Counted from the stretch's first letter, positions 1 through 11,107 are shown. The stretch is 64,000 bases of DNA from an uncultured Chthonomonadaceae bacterium (GCA_963835065.1 CAWIEK010000053.1:352001-416000), one strand, 5' to 3'. Notes: generated by a model not told the origin, from the letters alone. Made by a program: numbers and translations.

Positions 1-149
1 TCTTGACTTACCTGCTCCTCGCCTGTCTTTTCTTGGCGCGTTTCTTCCAGCAGCGCTTCCAGCATGGAGATGCGCTCCTCCTGACGTACCAGTTGATTCA
101 GCAGCGCCGCCTGTACACGAGGCGATATGTCCGTATCTTGCTCAGACAT
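1..149 (-). CDS. Small coiled-coil-like hypothetical protein, runs off the left window edge (MSEQDTDISPRVQAALLNQLVRQEERISMLEALLEE...)
   Basis: Manual translation: ATG at 149 with a GAGGAG SD just upstream, open to the window edge. Not in the ORF track. Confidence 0.65.
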   Translation of the reverse strand, partial: MSEQDTDISPRVQAALLNQLVRQEERISMLEALLEETRQEKTGEEQVSQ

Positions 150-193
150 TACAAACTCCTCACTGACTATTCGCACATCTATAGACTATGCAC

Positions 194-222
194 ATAGACA
201 TGTAACGGAGCCTGCAAGTTCC
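194..222 (-). promoter_or_regulatory. ECF-sigma-type promoter candidate GGAACTT-N16-GTCTAT
   Basis: Resembles the sigmaE-type consensus; lies ~45 nt upstream of the ATG at 149. Confidence 0.5.
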
Positions 223-257
223 CGTGACATTCGGCAGCGTCAGACGAATAGTGAAGT

Positions 258-3077
258 TCACAGCCCTGTCATCTCTAGAACGAAGCCCTCCCATTTTGGG
301 TTTTGCGCCATGTCTTTGAACCTCTTTTGCCATTGCTTCACCAGAGCGGTTTCGTCCAGGCTTCCTGCGAACGGCAGGCGCAGCAGATTGATTTTACTCT
401 GCTTGCGGGCCTGCTCGAATTCCTCCGGGGCGCGTTTGGGGTTTCCGTTCTCTTCCTCGCCCTCGTAGTCGTAATGGTGGGTCGGCAAGGGGGTATCCGG
501 GCCGGTCCACAGGCCGTACCAGGTGGTTCCATAAGAAGCGTGTCGTTCGCGCACAAACACCATCGGCTTCGTTTCCCCCGACTTTTGCGCCCCCGCTTCC
601 TGACGAACCGTTTGCGCTTGCTCGCTTCCATTCTGCGCCTGCGAATTGCTATCTGAGGTCTGTGGGCCACCGTTCTGCGGTTTTACCGCCTCGTAAAGCC
701 TGTTCAGCGCCTGTATATTCGCCTGCTTGCGGAAAACATTCCATTCCAGGCCCAGGGTGACGCTGAGTTGCCAATCGTCAAAGATGGGCAGATCGGTATT
801 GGCGCGCTGCTCCGGGTCTTCGCCATATTTCAAAGGTTCTATATCTACCGGATCGGCATGGTGGCTGCGCAGAAACGCCAGCCGCGCCGGTTCGGTGTAG
901 CCCATCTGCTCGTTTCCCGCCGGACGCATGTTGTTGCGCGAATCCGGTTCGGCGTAGCCTACGGGGTCGGTTTCGCGCCACACAATTCCCGCCACGCCCG
1001 GACGCCGCGCCAGCGAAGCCGCCAGCAAATTCAAACGCGCAATCACTTCGGGCGCAAATATACTTGCGGTCAGGAGGAGCGAGGGTTCAGCGGGCATATC
1101 GCCGCCATTCGCGGCGGCCTTCAGCATGTTGCGCTTGTGGATACGCTGCGCGTACTGCACTGATGTTTCTCCCGTAATCGTGAGATCAACCTCATTTTGC
1201 GGCATAGTCGAACCCCATTGGAATACATCCATTACGGGGTACAACGCGATGCCCGTTCCCCGCGTGATTTTCAGCGCGTAGGCCAGCAAATCGGGCGCAT
1301 CCGGGGCAGACATGGGAAACGGCGTACCGCCAACCCGCGCCACGCCCTTTGTAAATGCCACAAGCCATAATTCGTTCAGACCCATGCGCTTCATTTTGGC
1401 AACGGTATTCTCTACGTCGGCGGTTGTGCGGCAGTCCGCCAGCAGCGCGCGGCGAGGGATGGCGCTTACCAGAGCGGACAGGGACGGCAGGGGCGCTTCC
1501 GGCGCGTTGGCATCCTTCGGGTTGGGCGGCAGCTTGCGCGATTGGCGCTGATTCCAGCCGGTCATTTCGTGAAAGTTGTCGGCGATGGACTGCCCCAAAT
1601 CGGTATCAATCGGTCCATCCACGCCGGGAGCCAATAGCTGCACGGAAGGAATGAGGTTCATTTCCATGGAACGCTCGAAATCAATCCCCTTGTACGAACC
1701 GTTGGGGCTGGATTGAACGGCAAATTCGGAGTAGCGCTTCAGGGCGTCCTGCTGCGCGGGGGTAAGCCGGTCGAAGTTCATTTCCAGCACTTTGTACGCG
1801 CCCCCGCCCAACTGCCGTATTTCCTTACTTGTCATCTGTGTGGGCGTGGGGGCTAAGGGGTCGCCAAAGCTGCTGAGCGGGCGCTTCCACAACGCCTGCG
1901 TTTGCTGTAGTTTTTCCTCGGCGTCCGCCAGAAACTTCCGGCGCTGCGCGTCGGCATCGGCCTGAAATTCGGCAATTTGTATGCGGCGCGTTCCCACTCC
2001 CGCCAGATCATCCGTTAATACATAGGCCGGGCCGACGCGCCGATAGGTTCCCGTCACGCACACGGCCAGGGCGCGCAATAGATCGCTTACGGGCGCAACG
2101 TGATTCGCGCCTACAACCGTCAGCAGTTTCGATTCATAATGCCGGTCAACAACCAATTCCAGCCGCGTCTTTGCGCTGATTCGGGCCATCAACTCGCCGA
2201 CCGTTTTCACGCCTTGCAGCGAAATGGACGTTTGCAGGATCGGCAGGCCATAATTGAGTTGGCTTTTTTTCAGCGTGTTGGGGGCTTCGGAGTGAACCGT
2301 CACGCCATCTACGGCATCCTGATGGGTAAGATGGTCCTGATTAGCGGCATCGTAAATGGGCGGGCCGTTCGGATCGCGTATGTCCGGTATCCATATATTG
2401 CTTTCGCGCCCTATGGAATGAACCGCCATCTGCTGCTTCATGCCGATGCGCAGCCGCCCGTTTTGCAAAGGATTTTCCAGCGTTCCTCCCGCGCCGCCGC
2501 TGCTGTGGTTGTCATGCGTGACGCGGGGAGAATACGGCAGGGCGCTGCTCGGAATCAGCGCCAGAAATAAGCCGCGCTGCAAGTCGCTGTTCATATCGGC
2601 AAGCCCGATGCCGCGTTCGCTTGTCAGCATCTGCAGCTGCGCCTCGCTCATGTTGGCTGCCAGAAGGGTAAACGCCTCGTGGGGTGGAATGTTCAGGTAG
2701 ATGTTAGGCGTTCCCAAATTGCCGTTGAGCAGGGACATGGTTGCGGGAGCGATAGCTGTCACGCTGCCATAGCGGCGCGTGATGTGACCGAAAAATGGAG
2801 CAATCTGCGCGATACGCGCCCCGGCAGGCGGCCTTACGGATTTGTCAAGGGCGTAATCCTTGTCGGCTCCCACGGCAAGCCCGGTTTCCCCTGCATCGGC
2901 AAGTGGGCGCAGGGCGTTGGTAAGCGTGGCGGGAAGTTCCGCCTGAACGCCCGGACCAGCATCACCCGCTTGCTGCGCTTCCCCGTTTACGCAGACCGCC
3001 AGAAACAACGACAATCCCCAAGCCGCGCACAAACCGGAGCGACGCTTCAAATTTTTCGCGTGACCTCGCAGCATCAT
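258..3077 (-). CDS. Large secreted hypothetical protein with a secretin-N/STN-like segment and a C-terminal GHL10/DUF187-like TIM-barrel-like region
   Basis: 939 aa ORF with a signal peptide. TVGELMARISAKTRLELVVD...DLLRALA looks STN-like; AKMKRMGLNELWL and GVAGIVW resemble GHL10 motifs. The domain calls are by eye. Confidence 0.7.
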   Translation of the reverse strand: MMLRGHAKNLKRRSGLCAAWGLSLFLAVCVNGEAQQAGDAGPGVQAELPATLTNALRPLADAGETGLAVGADKDYALDKSVRPPAGARIAQIAPFFGHITRRYGSVTAIAPATMSLLNGNLGTPNIYLNIPPHEAFTLLAANMSEAQLQMLTSERGIGLADMNSDLQRGLFLALIPSSALPYSPRVTHDNHSSGGAGGTLENPLQNGRLRIGMKQQMAVHSIGRESNIWIPDIRDPNGPPIYDAANQDHLTHQDAVDGVTVHSEAPNTLKKSQLNYGLPILQTSISLQGVKTVGELMARISAKTRLELVVDRHYESKLLTVVGANHVAPVSDLLRALAVCVTGTYRRVGPAYVLTDDLAGVGTRRIQIAEFQADADAQRRKFLADAEEKLQQTQALWKRPLSSFGDPLAPTPTQMTSKEIRQLGGGAYKVLEMNFDRLTPAQQDALKRYSEFAVQSSPNGSYKGIDFERSMEMNLIPSVQLLAPGVDGPIDTDLGQSIADNFHEMTGWNQRQSRKLPPNPKDANAPEAPLPSLSALVSAIPRRALLADCRTTADVENTVAKMKRMGLNELWLVAFTKGVARVGGTPFPMSAPDAPDLLAYALKITRGTGIALYPVMDVFQWGSTMPQNEVDLTITGETSVQYAQRIHKRNMLKAAANGGDMPAEPSLLLTASIFAPEVIARLNLLAASLARRPGVAGIVWRETDPVGYAEPDSRNNMRPAGNEQMGYTEPARLAFLRSHHADPVDIEPLKYGEDPEQRANTDLPIFDDWQLSVTLGLEWNVFRKQANIQALNRLYEAVKPQNGGPQTSDSNSQAQNGSEQAQTVRQEAGAQKSGETKPMVFVRERHASYGTTWYGLWTGPDTPLPTHHYDYEGEEENGNPKRAPEEFEQARKQSKINLLRLPFAGSLDETALVKQWQKRFKDMAQNPKWEGFVLEMTGL

Positions 3078-3167
3078 AAACCTTTCTCCGCTTTTCGAGT
3101 TTCGGCTTTCGCTGTGCTCAATTAACAGCCGCGCAGGGCGGACGCGCCAACAGGCACATTCGGCGAA

Positions 3168-3195
3168 TTAGACGGAAACGGCTGAAACAGGTTAC
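3168..3195 (-). promoter_or_regulatory. ECF-type promoter candidate GTAACC-N16-GTCTAA
   Basis: Motif ~90 nt upstream of the 3077 start. Confidence 0.45.
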
Positions 3196-3319
3196 ATTTG
3201 CTTCCTACGCTCGATGAGAACAGCCCTTCCGTAAAAGGAAAGATTGCAGGGGATTGCTCTTGATGTGGCGAAGTTATACCACGAACTCACTAAAAGGAAA
3301 CTCCGTTAGGAACAGCGAC

Positions 3320-5674
3320 ATGCGATGCAATCTATGGGCACTATATCCTGAAACACTTTGCGCGGCAGGATTTTTTATGCTTGCGCCCCTGCTGGCATGC
3401 ACCGCGCCGCAAATGCCTGCGCCTGCCGCCGCATCCGAAACGGGGCAAACAACGGCTCCACAAACCTTTAGATATACCAACAAACTCATCGGCGCGGCCA
3501 GTCCGTACCTCCTGGAACACGCGCACAATCCCGTCAACTGGCAGCCCTGGGGCGCGGAAGCGTTGGAACAGGCGAAACGAGAAAACAAGCCGATTTTCCT
3601 GTCCATCGGCTACTCCGCCTGCCACTGGTGTCACGTCATGGCGCGGGAAGATTTTGAAAACGAGGAGATCGCCCAACTCCTCAACGCCAATTTTGTGTGC
3701 ATCAAGGTGGATCGGGAACAGCGCCCGGATGTGGACGCGCAGTACATGCTGGCCGTGCAGATGATGACGGGTTCGGGTGGCTGGCCCCTGTCCGTGTTTC
3801 TCACGCCGGAGCGCAAGCCATTTTTCGGAGGCACGTACTTCCCGCCCGCAGAATTCAAAGCGCTGCTCGGCAAAGTGATCGAAGCCAACAAAACCCAACC
3901 CGAACAGATACGCGCCTTGTCCGACAAAATCACGAGCGCGATGAAGGACGCGCCCACTTCCCCAACAAGAAACGCGAACGCCAAATTGTCGCCAAGCCTG
4001 TTGGACAACGCTGTTGCCGCACTAAATCATAGTTATGACCCGACAAACGGCGGCTTTGGAACACGCCTTAAATTTCCCGACGCGCCGAAACTAGCCTTTC
4101 TGATTGCCCGCTGCCGCGCAAACCATGCCCCAAAGTTGCTCAACATGGTCACGAATACGCTGGATCATATTGCAGACGGCGGCGTTTATGATCAGTTGGG
4201 CGGCGGCTTTCACCGTTACAGCACGGATGCCATCTGGCGCGTGCCCCATTTTGAAAAGATGCTGTACGATCAGGCGCAGTTGGTACAAATTTATCTCGAC
4301 GCCTACGAACTGACCCACACGCCGCGCTACAAACAGGTTGTGGAGGAGACATTGGCGTTCGTACAGCGCGAAATGCGCGACCCGGCGGGCGGATTCTGGT
4401 CTGCATTGGACGCCGACAGCGAGGGCGAGGAAGGCAAGTTCTACCTGTGGACGCCCACACAAATCAAAGCCGTTCTTGGCGACGATGCGGACTTGTTCAG
4501 CGCAGCGTATGGCGTCACGGCGAAAGGCGATCTGGAAGGCAAAAGCGTTCTGCACCGAACCTCGGACGGGGCAGAGATCATGCAGCAGTACCACATCAAG
4601 CCGGAAGAATTGTGGCAACGGCTTGACGGATTGCGGCAAAAACTGCTGACGGCGCGGGCACAGCGCGTTCGCCCGCACACGGACGACAAAGCGCTGGCAA
4701 GCTGGAACGGCCTGATGGTGGGCGCGTTTGCCCACGCGGGGCAGGTTTTGAACAATGCCGCGTACCGGCAAACAGCGATGGAAGCCGCCAACTTTCTCTT
4801 GCAGAAAATGACGGTAAACGGCAAACTGCTGCACAGTTACCGGGCGGGCAAAGCGGAAGTGGGCGGGATGCTGGAAGACGATGCGTATGTGGCGAACGGC
4901 CTGCTCGACCTGTATGCCGCAACGCGCGAGAAAAAGTGGCTGGACACCGCGCAAATGTTGGCGGCACAGATGACTTCGCAGTTTGAAGACGCGGCAAACG
5001 GCGGCTTTTACAGCACATCGGATCAAAGCGAACTGTTGACGCGCTTAAAGAGCGGGGATGATAACGCCACGCCTTCAGGCAACGGCATGGCGGCACAGGT
5101 GTTGGCGCGGCTTGCCCTATTAACCGGCAAACCCGAATGGCGAACGCAAGCCCTGCGAACCGTACAAACCTTCGGCAGTCTGGAAACCCGCGTACCGGAC
5201 GCTTTTCCCATGCTGCTGACCGCGTACCAATCCCTCGGCACGTCCGCAAGCGCAGACATGCCGATACTGCCGGGAACCGTCCAATTGCTGGCCCCGCCCC
5301 TTACCACAACACCCGGCGCGAAAGTGACCGTCGCCATCAAAGCGCATATTCCTTCCGGCTGGCACATCAACGCGCATGTCGCTTCAACCGCCGCTCTCAT
5401 ACCCACCAATCTGCGCCTGACCGCAACCCAGGACGCCAAACTGCTTGCCGTAACTTACCCAAACGGACAAACGCTCAAAACGTCGTTCGCCACAGAAGCC
5501 CTGTCCGTTTATCAAGGCGAAATCACTCTGCAAGCCGTCGTGCAAATCACCCCAAAACTCCCGGCTGGCAAGCATACGCTGCATTTTGAATTGACCTATC
5601 AGCCGTGCAATGACCGCGCCTGCCTGCCGTCGGCAAAAGCAACGCTGGATGTTCCCTTGAACATTTCAAAATAG
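3320..5674 (+). CDS. DUF255/YyaL (SSP411) thioredoxin-domain protein with a C-terminal DsbD-N-like domain, probable lipoprotein
   Basis: [52 protein letters not shown]-terminal GWHINA...[10 protein letters not shown]; lipobox LLAC. Start uncertain. Confidence 0.9.
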   Translation: MRCNLWALYPETLCAAGFFMLAPLLACTAPQMPAPAAASETGQTTAPQTFRYTNKLIGAASPYLLEHAHNPVNWQPWGAEALEQAKRENKPIFLSIGYSACHWCHVMAREDFENEEIAQLLNANFVCIKVDREQRPDVDAQYMLAVQMMTGSGGWPLSVFLTPERKPFFGGTYFPPAEFKALLGKVIEANKTQPEQIRALSDKITSAMKDAPTSPTRNANAKLSPSLLDNAVAALNHSYDPTNGGFGTRLKFPDAPKLAFLIARCRANHAPKLLNMVTNTLDHIADGGVYDQLGGGFHRYSTDAIWRVPHFEKMLYDQAQLVQIYLDAYELTHTPRYKQVVEETLAFVQREMRDPAGGFWSALDADSEGEEGKFYLWTPTQIKAVLGDDADLFSAAYGVTAKGDLEGKSVLHRTSDGAEIMQQYHIKPEELWQRLDGLRQKLLTARAQRVRPHTDDKALASWNGLMVGAFAHAGQVLNNAAYRQTAMEAANFLLQKMTVNGKLLHSYRAGKAEVGGMLEDDAYVANGLLDLYAATREKKWLDTAQMLAAQMTSQFEDAANGGFYSTSDQSELLTRLKSGDDNATPSGNGMAAQVLARLALLTGKPEWRTQALRTVQTFGSLETRVPDAFPMLLTAYQSLGTSASADMPILPGTVQLLAPPLTTTPGAKVTVAIKAHIPSGWHINAHVASTAALIPTNLRLTATQDAKLLAVTYPNGQTLKTSFATEALSVYQGEITLQAVVQITPKLPAGKHTLHFELTYQPCNDRACLPSAKATLDVPLNISK

Positions 5675-5685
5675 CCTTCCATTGT

Positions 5686-5807
5686 GCCGGGGATTGAAAA
5701 TCCCCGGCAGGAAAGTGCAAGCGTCCTGCGGACACGCCATTCAATAATAGAGTATCGCGTCCGCAGAACGCTTGTTTTGTGTAGACGGGAATTTTCAATC
5801 CCCGGCA
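5686..5807. repeat. Inverted pair of REP-like units (stem-GAA-stem followed by GCGTCCTGCGGAC)
   Basis: GCCGGGGATT-GAA-AATCCCCGGC...GCGTCCTGCGGACACG and a degenerate reverse copy, between convergent genes. Confidence 0.8.
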
Positions 5808-5816
5808 GGAGGTAAA

Positions 5817-6980
5817 TCAGCGAAATACGCCTGTATGCCCTAACGAGTAGCGGCCCGGCTGCGGATACACGCACAACCCATGCGGGCCTTTGCCGACGCG
5901 GATACGGGCGCGTAACTTGCCGTTGCTCGTGTCGAAAGCGTACACTTCGGAGTTGTAGCGCCCGGACAGCCAGAGCGTTTTGCCGTCGGCAGACACGTTG
6001 CCCATGTCCGGGCTGCCGCCATGCGGGATGCGCCATTTGGCAATGGGCTTGCGCGTGGCGAAGGAAAGAACCGTTATGGTTCCCTCGTGCCGATTGGAAA
6101 CATACAAGTTTTTGGAGTCCCGGCTTGGATACAGGCCATGCGCGCCCGCGCCAGTTTGCACAAAACCGATCTTTTTCAACTTGTCGCCGTTTACGAGCCA
6201 CAGGCCATTACTCATCATATCCGCCACATAAAACACGCTACCGTCCGGCGACAGTTTCACATCCTGCGGCATACCTCCAGTTTTCAGTTTCAGCGTTCCC
6301 AGCACCTTCTGCTTTTCCACATCCACTTTTACCACGTCACCCGAAAACTCGCAGCTTGCAATCAGATACTTTCCATCCCGGCTGAAATCTATATGGTCTA
6401 CGCCCTTGCCGGGAACGGTCACGGAATGGACGAATTTCATCGTATGCGCGTCCCGGAAATCCAGACGCCGGAACCGCTCACAGACAACAATGGCGTAGCG
6501 GCCATCCGGCGTGAAATACAGGTTGTAGGGGTCTTCTACCCTGACGGGCTTGCCGTGAATTCCCGTAACCGGGTCAACGGGGGTCAGGCTATTTCCCAGA
6601 TCGTTGGAAATCCACAGCGTTTTCATATCCCAGGAGGGCGTAACGTGCTGCGGCAGTTTCCCGACCGCGAAATGGTCTACAATCTGATATGTTTGGGCGT
6701 CAATCACATCTACGGTATTGCTGCCGCTGTTGGGCACGTAAACGCGATTGAGAACCCCGCGCATAAACGGGCTGAGATTGTTGGCCCTGTCCGCCGCGTA
6801 CACATCCTTCGCGTCCACAAGCGGCGGAACCGCGCCTGCCGTAACGATAAACATATCCGGCGCATTCGTTGTGGGCGTTCTAACCGGTGCGGCTATCGGT
6901 TTTGTACCAGGAGTGATTGTTGAGGAAGAAGTTGAATGTCGGCATCCGGTCAGCCCTGCAAGAGCCGCGAACAGCAGCAT
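5817..6980 (-). CDS. YVTN/YncE-family beta-propeller lipoprotein
   Basis: RVYVPNSGSNTVDVID, repeated SPDG/SRDG blades, GKGPHGL; lipobox LTGC. The ORF-track N-terminal extension is derived from repeats. Confidence 0.85.
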   Translation of the reverse strand: MLLFAALAGLTGCRHSTSSSTITPGTKPIAAPVRTPTTNAPDMFIVTAGAVPPLVDAKDVYAADRANNLSPFMRGVLNRVYVPNSGSNTVDVIDAQTYQIVDHFAVGKLPQHVTPSWDMKTLWISNDLGNSLTPVDPVTGIHGKPVRVEDPYNLYFTPDGRYAIVVCERFRRLDFRDAHTMKFVHSVTVPGKGVDHIDFSRDGKYLIASCEFSGDVVKVDVEKQKVLGTLKLKTGGMPQDVKLSPDGSVFYVADMMSNGLWLVNGDKLKKIGFVQTGAGAHGLYPSRDSKNLYVSNRHEGTITVLSFATRKPIAKWRIPHGGSPDMGNVSADGKTLWLSGRYNSEVYAFDTSNGKLRARIRVGKGPHGLCVYPQPGRYSLGHTGVFR

Positions 6981-7000
6981 AGATAGATAAGCGCGTAGAC

Positions 7001-7055
7001 CAGGTGTTGAAAACGCCTGTCTCGGTGGCGTTCCGCCAGGCGTCCTACGGACGCG
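7001..7055 (+). repeat. REP-like unit, same architecture as 5686
   Basis: CAGGTGTT-GAA-AACGCCTG hairpin followed by GCGTCCTACGGACGCG. Confidence 0.6.
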
Positions 7056-7082
7056 CAATGCTTGTACAATGGATTTTCGTCC

Positions 7083-7260
7083 GTAGGGACACAACATGTT
7101 GTGTCCGCGCTCACCTCTACCGGAGGAGGACACGCCGCCGCCGGAGGACACGCCGCCGCCGGAGGACACGCCGCCGCCGGAGGACACGCCCGCCGCCGGA
7201 GGACACGCCGCCGCCGGAGGACACGCCGCCGCCGGAGGACACAACATGTTGTGTCCCTAC
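7083..7260. repeat. GTAG-type REP inverted pair enclosing six tandem GGAGGACACGCCGCCGCC units
   Basis: GTAGGGACACAACATGTTGTGTCC ... GGACACAACATGTTGTGTCCCTAC, with 18-mer units at 7125-7233. Confidence 0.85.
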
Positions 7261-7325
7261 GGCATGGGCCATTAAGATGGTGGTTTTCAACCATTGGCGA
7301 CACGAAAAATAAGAATATAAGCGCG

Positions 7326-8405
7326 TTATCGTCGTTTCTCCAATCCAGAAGTTGCGGCGGTTTGCGGCAAGAATTTTTGAACGCGCCTGCCGTTGACTTC
7401 GGCTACGTACACCGCCCCCTGATCGTCTACGCACAAGAGATGGGCGCGGCGCATCTGTCCCGACGCGCTCCCGGTTTTACCCCACCGCGCCAGGCGCTTG
7501 CCGTTCAGCGAATAGATACTGATGGTATCCGCCAGTCCGTCCGCGACGAACAAGCGTTGATCGGGCGTGATGAACACGCCAAACGGATGCCCCACATTGC
7601 GCCATTGCGTCAGGAACTTGCCGTCCGGGGTGAATACTTGCAGGCGCGCATTGGCGCGGTCCACCACGTATACGCGCCCCTGATTGTCTACGGCAAGCGA
7701 GTGTACCAGCCGAAATTGTCCCGGCCCGCTCCCCCGCTTCCCCCACGCGCCGATGTACCTGCCGCTCGAATCCAGATGCACAACGCGGGAATTGCCGTAG
7801 CCGTCGGCGATATACACATCTCCTTTTGGTCCGAAAGCGACATCGGCGGGCTGATCGAAATGCGTGGCATCGCAGCCGGGCGTATCGCGGACTCCCCATG
7901 CCGCCAGCAGTTTACCTTCGGGCGTATATTTGTACACTTGATGGCGGCCTACGTCTGTGAGCCACAGATTGCCGTTCGGGTCTATGCGGCAGCCGTGCGG
8001 ACTGGTAAACAAGCCCTGCCCCCAGGAGCGCAGATAATGCCCCTGCCGGTCAAACACCAGAATGGGATGCGGCGTTCGCTGGAATACAAACACCTGCCCC
8101 TGCCGATCTGTAGCAACCCCAACCACCATATTCGCGCCATAATCCGGCGGACGCGCGCCCGTATGTGAGGGCCAGTCAGGAACCGGGCGGTATGTTGTTT
8201 GCGCCCCGGCAGGACGGAACAGGCAGGAAAGCAGGCAGAACACCCACAGCAAACTTGTAAAAAATGGAGACGTTTCAAGTTTTCCGGGTACTGAAAGTAC
8301 CCGGCAGGAAAGTACAAGCGTCCTGCGGACGCGGGAATCTTGAAGCAGAGAATTACTTCCGCGAATTTGAAACGCGCTTATAAAAAATCGGCAGGAACTT
8401 GTCAT
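7326..8405 (-). CDS. NHL-repeat protein (peptidyl-alpha-hydroxyglycine alpha-amidating lyase-like), secreted
   Basis: FTSPHGCRIDPNGNLWLTD, QPADVAFGPKGDVYIADGYGNSRV, VYVVDRANARLQVF. Start uncertain. Confidence 0.85.
   Translation of the reverse strand: MTSSCRFFISAFQIRGSNSLLQDSRVRRTLVLSCRVLSVPGKLETSPFFTSLLWVFCLLSCLFRPAGAQTTYRPVPDWPSHTGARPPDYGANMVVGVATDRQGQVFVFQRTPHPILVFDRQGHYLRSWGQGLFTSPHGCRIDPNGNLWLTDVGRHQVYKYTPEGKLLAAWGVRDTPGCDATHFDQPADVAFGPKGDVYIADGYGNSRVVHLDSSGRYIGAWGKRGSGPGQFRLVHSLAVDNQGRVYVVDRANARLQVFTPDGKFLTQWRNVGHPFGVFITPDQRLFVADGLADTISIYSLNGKRLARWGKTGSASGQMRRAHLLCVDDQGAVYVAEVNGRRVQKFLPQTAATSGLEKRR
8284..8333 (+). repeat. REP-like unit, same family as 5686
   Basis: CCGGGTACT-GAA-AGTACCCGGCAGGAAAGTACAAGCGTCCTGCGGACGCG. 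Confidence 0.8.
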
Positions 8406-8437
8406 TATGTGGCGAATCTTACGGCATTGGAATTTGA

Positions 8438-9622
<1,185 letters not shown>

Positions 9623-9634
9623 AACGGGAGTAAC

Positions 9635-9779
9635 TCTTCACCACCAAGACACCAAGAACACCAAGATAATACAGGCCACTAAAAGGCACAAAACCGGAGA
9701 CCTTTTCGTTCTCTCCTGCAATCTCGCAACATCTTTTTGCTCGTTCTGCTTGGTGTTCTTCGTGTCTTGGTGGTGAAGA
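9635..9779. repeat. Miniature inverted-repeat element with 31 bp arms (TCTTCACCACCAAGACAC...)
   Basis: 9635-9665 and 9749-9779 are reverse complements with one mismatch. Confidence 0.85.
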
Positions 9780-9806
9780 ATTATAAACGGAAAGCAGCAG
9801 GGCAGG

Positions 9807-10364
9807 ATGGAACGGTACAACCTTCACAAAGACGTGAGACAATTTGCCATTCACAAGCGCTGGACGACGTATGCCGGAAGGCTGCTGCATGGGTTCTGGG
9901 CGCTGATTCCCCTGCTATTTTGGGTCTTCCTGTGGCAGCGTGACCCGCGCCCAACTCCGATTCTGTTGCCGCTGCTTCTGTTAGGACTTCCCCTGACAGT
10001 AGTTCTCGGCTGTGGCGCGTATCTGCTGTGGAAGCTGAGTACGGGCGGCGATACATTTGTGTTTGATGCCCGCACCCACCTGTTTGAACACAACCGGCAT
10101 GTGGTCAGCCATTGGGACGGGATCGCGCAAATTCAGGTGATAGATGTGCCGCACCAACGCGACAAACGGGGCATTCAGGCCATGCTGAACCTGGATGAGT
10201 ATTACTACACCTACCGGCTTGTCGTGCTGCTCCACAACGGCAAAAAATACGCCCTCGACGAGTGCGGCAACAAACAAACCATTGCGGAACTGGCGCAGGA
10301 AGTTGCCGCCTACACCAACAAAGTTGTCGTCAGCGACGTAGCCAATGCCGGCTGGTTCGCCTGA
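9807..10364 (+). CDS. Hypothetical membrane protein (2 TM plus a soluble domain)
   Basis: 185 aa ORF with two hydrophobic segments. Confidence 0.7.
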   Translation: MERYNLHKDVRQFAIHKRWTTYAGRLLHGFWALIPLLFWVFLWQRDPRPTPILLPLLLLGLPLTVVLGCGAYLLWKLSTGGDTFVFDARTHLFEHNRHVVSHWDGIAQIQVIDVPHQRDKRGIQAMLNLDEYYYTYRLVVLLHNGKKYALDECGNKQTIAELAQEVAAYTNKVVVSDVANAGWFA

Positions 10365-10393
10365 TTCAAACGCCTGCGCCGCGTGGCTGTAAC

Positions 10394-10502
10394 AGAGAAG
10401 AAACGAAGAACAGGAGAGAGGAACCGCGAAACACACGAACCAAACGAAAAGAGGACAAAAAGAGGACAGGAAATAGACAGTATTAAGCGGATTAGCAGGA
10501 TT
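10394..10502 (+). repeat. Purine-rich AACCGCGAAACACACGAA-family repeat with an ATAGACAG..ATTA module
   Basis: Motifs shared with 14872, 15790, 33518 and 60450. Confidence 0.7.
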
Positions 10503-10809
10503 AAAAGGGTATGTAGAGTCATCGTCGAAATCTTGGCAATACAGCGCTTCCAGCCCGATGTCTCGTTGTGTCAGGTTGTAGGAGTGAGGCATCGTGGCCT
10601 CCGCAGCGTCAGGGCGAGCGGGAGGGGTGAAACATAGGACTTGCACCTCCCTTCCTGTGTGTAACGCCTGAAATGTAGACGTTTGTTACCTGTTAGACGG
10701 TAGTATCGGGCAAAGGGTTCGTTTCTTTTGCGTTATTTTGCTTTTTTCTGCCTCTTTTTTCTATCTTTTTCCTGTCTGTTTTTGCGGGAGGGTTGCTATT
10801 GGTACTGTG
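10503..10809 (-). other. Dispersed ~300 bp element, copy 1: ECF-like promoter, uORF MFHPSRSP* (10635-10609), second ORF starting MPHSYNLTQRDIGLEALYCQDFDD (10592), outward extended -10 on +
   Basis: Core near-identical to 51026-51311, and homologous along its whole length. Confidence 0.8.
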
Positions 10810-10818
10810 GGAATGGGA

Positions 10819-11107
10819 ATGAAACACACCTGCCCTGTTTGTGGATACAACCAACTGAGCCGCGCGCCGGAAGATTATACAATCTGCCCCTGCTGCCGTA
10901 CGGAGTTTGGCGCAAGTGACCAGTTCTGGACACACGCGGAGTTACGTCAGGACTGGATTACGCGCGGAGCGCAGTGGAGCAGACGTTATGTTCCCGGAGC
11001 CGCAGGGATGGTCAGCCGCCGAGCAGCTAAAAACCATTGGTTACATCTGCACGTATGCGAATTTAGAAAGCATCGCGCGATCAAACCCAACACCGGCAAC
11101 AGTTTAA
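10819..11107 (+). CDS. Cys-rich CPxCG...CPxC protein (CPCC-like, putative immunity protein); 1-nt frameshift near 10993
   Basis: MKHTCPVCGY...ICPCCRTEFG...; removing one C in GTTCCCGGAG joins it to EPQGWSAAEQL, colinear with the paralog at 11615. Confidence 0.75.

Noticed and set aside
7125..7233. Tandem 18-mers and heptamer arrays as CRISPR arrays
   Set aside because: The units are contiguous with no unique spacers, and there are no cas genes.
7062..8168. 368 aa plus-strand ORF and the repeat-derived N-terminal extension of 5817-7247
   Set aside because: They translate REP and tandem-repeat sequence or run antisense to the NHL gene.
10512..10565. Hammerhead or other known ribozyme in the duplicated element
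   Set aside because: A CGAAA bulge is present but there is no CUGANGA core, and I recognise no riboswitch consensus.
10609..10611. Selenocysteine or readthrough at the conserved uORF TGA
   Set aside because: The readthrough frame has several non-synonymous differences and different stops in the two copies; the separately initiated MPHSYNL frame fits better.
10692..10698. GTTAGAC as an integron attC core site
   Set aside because: No matching inverse core or L boxes, not conserved in copy 2 (TTTAGAC), and no integrase; better explained as the promoter -10 element on the minus strand.
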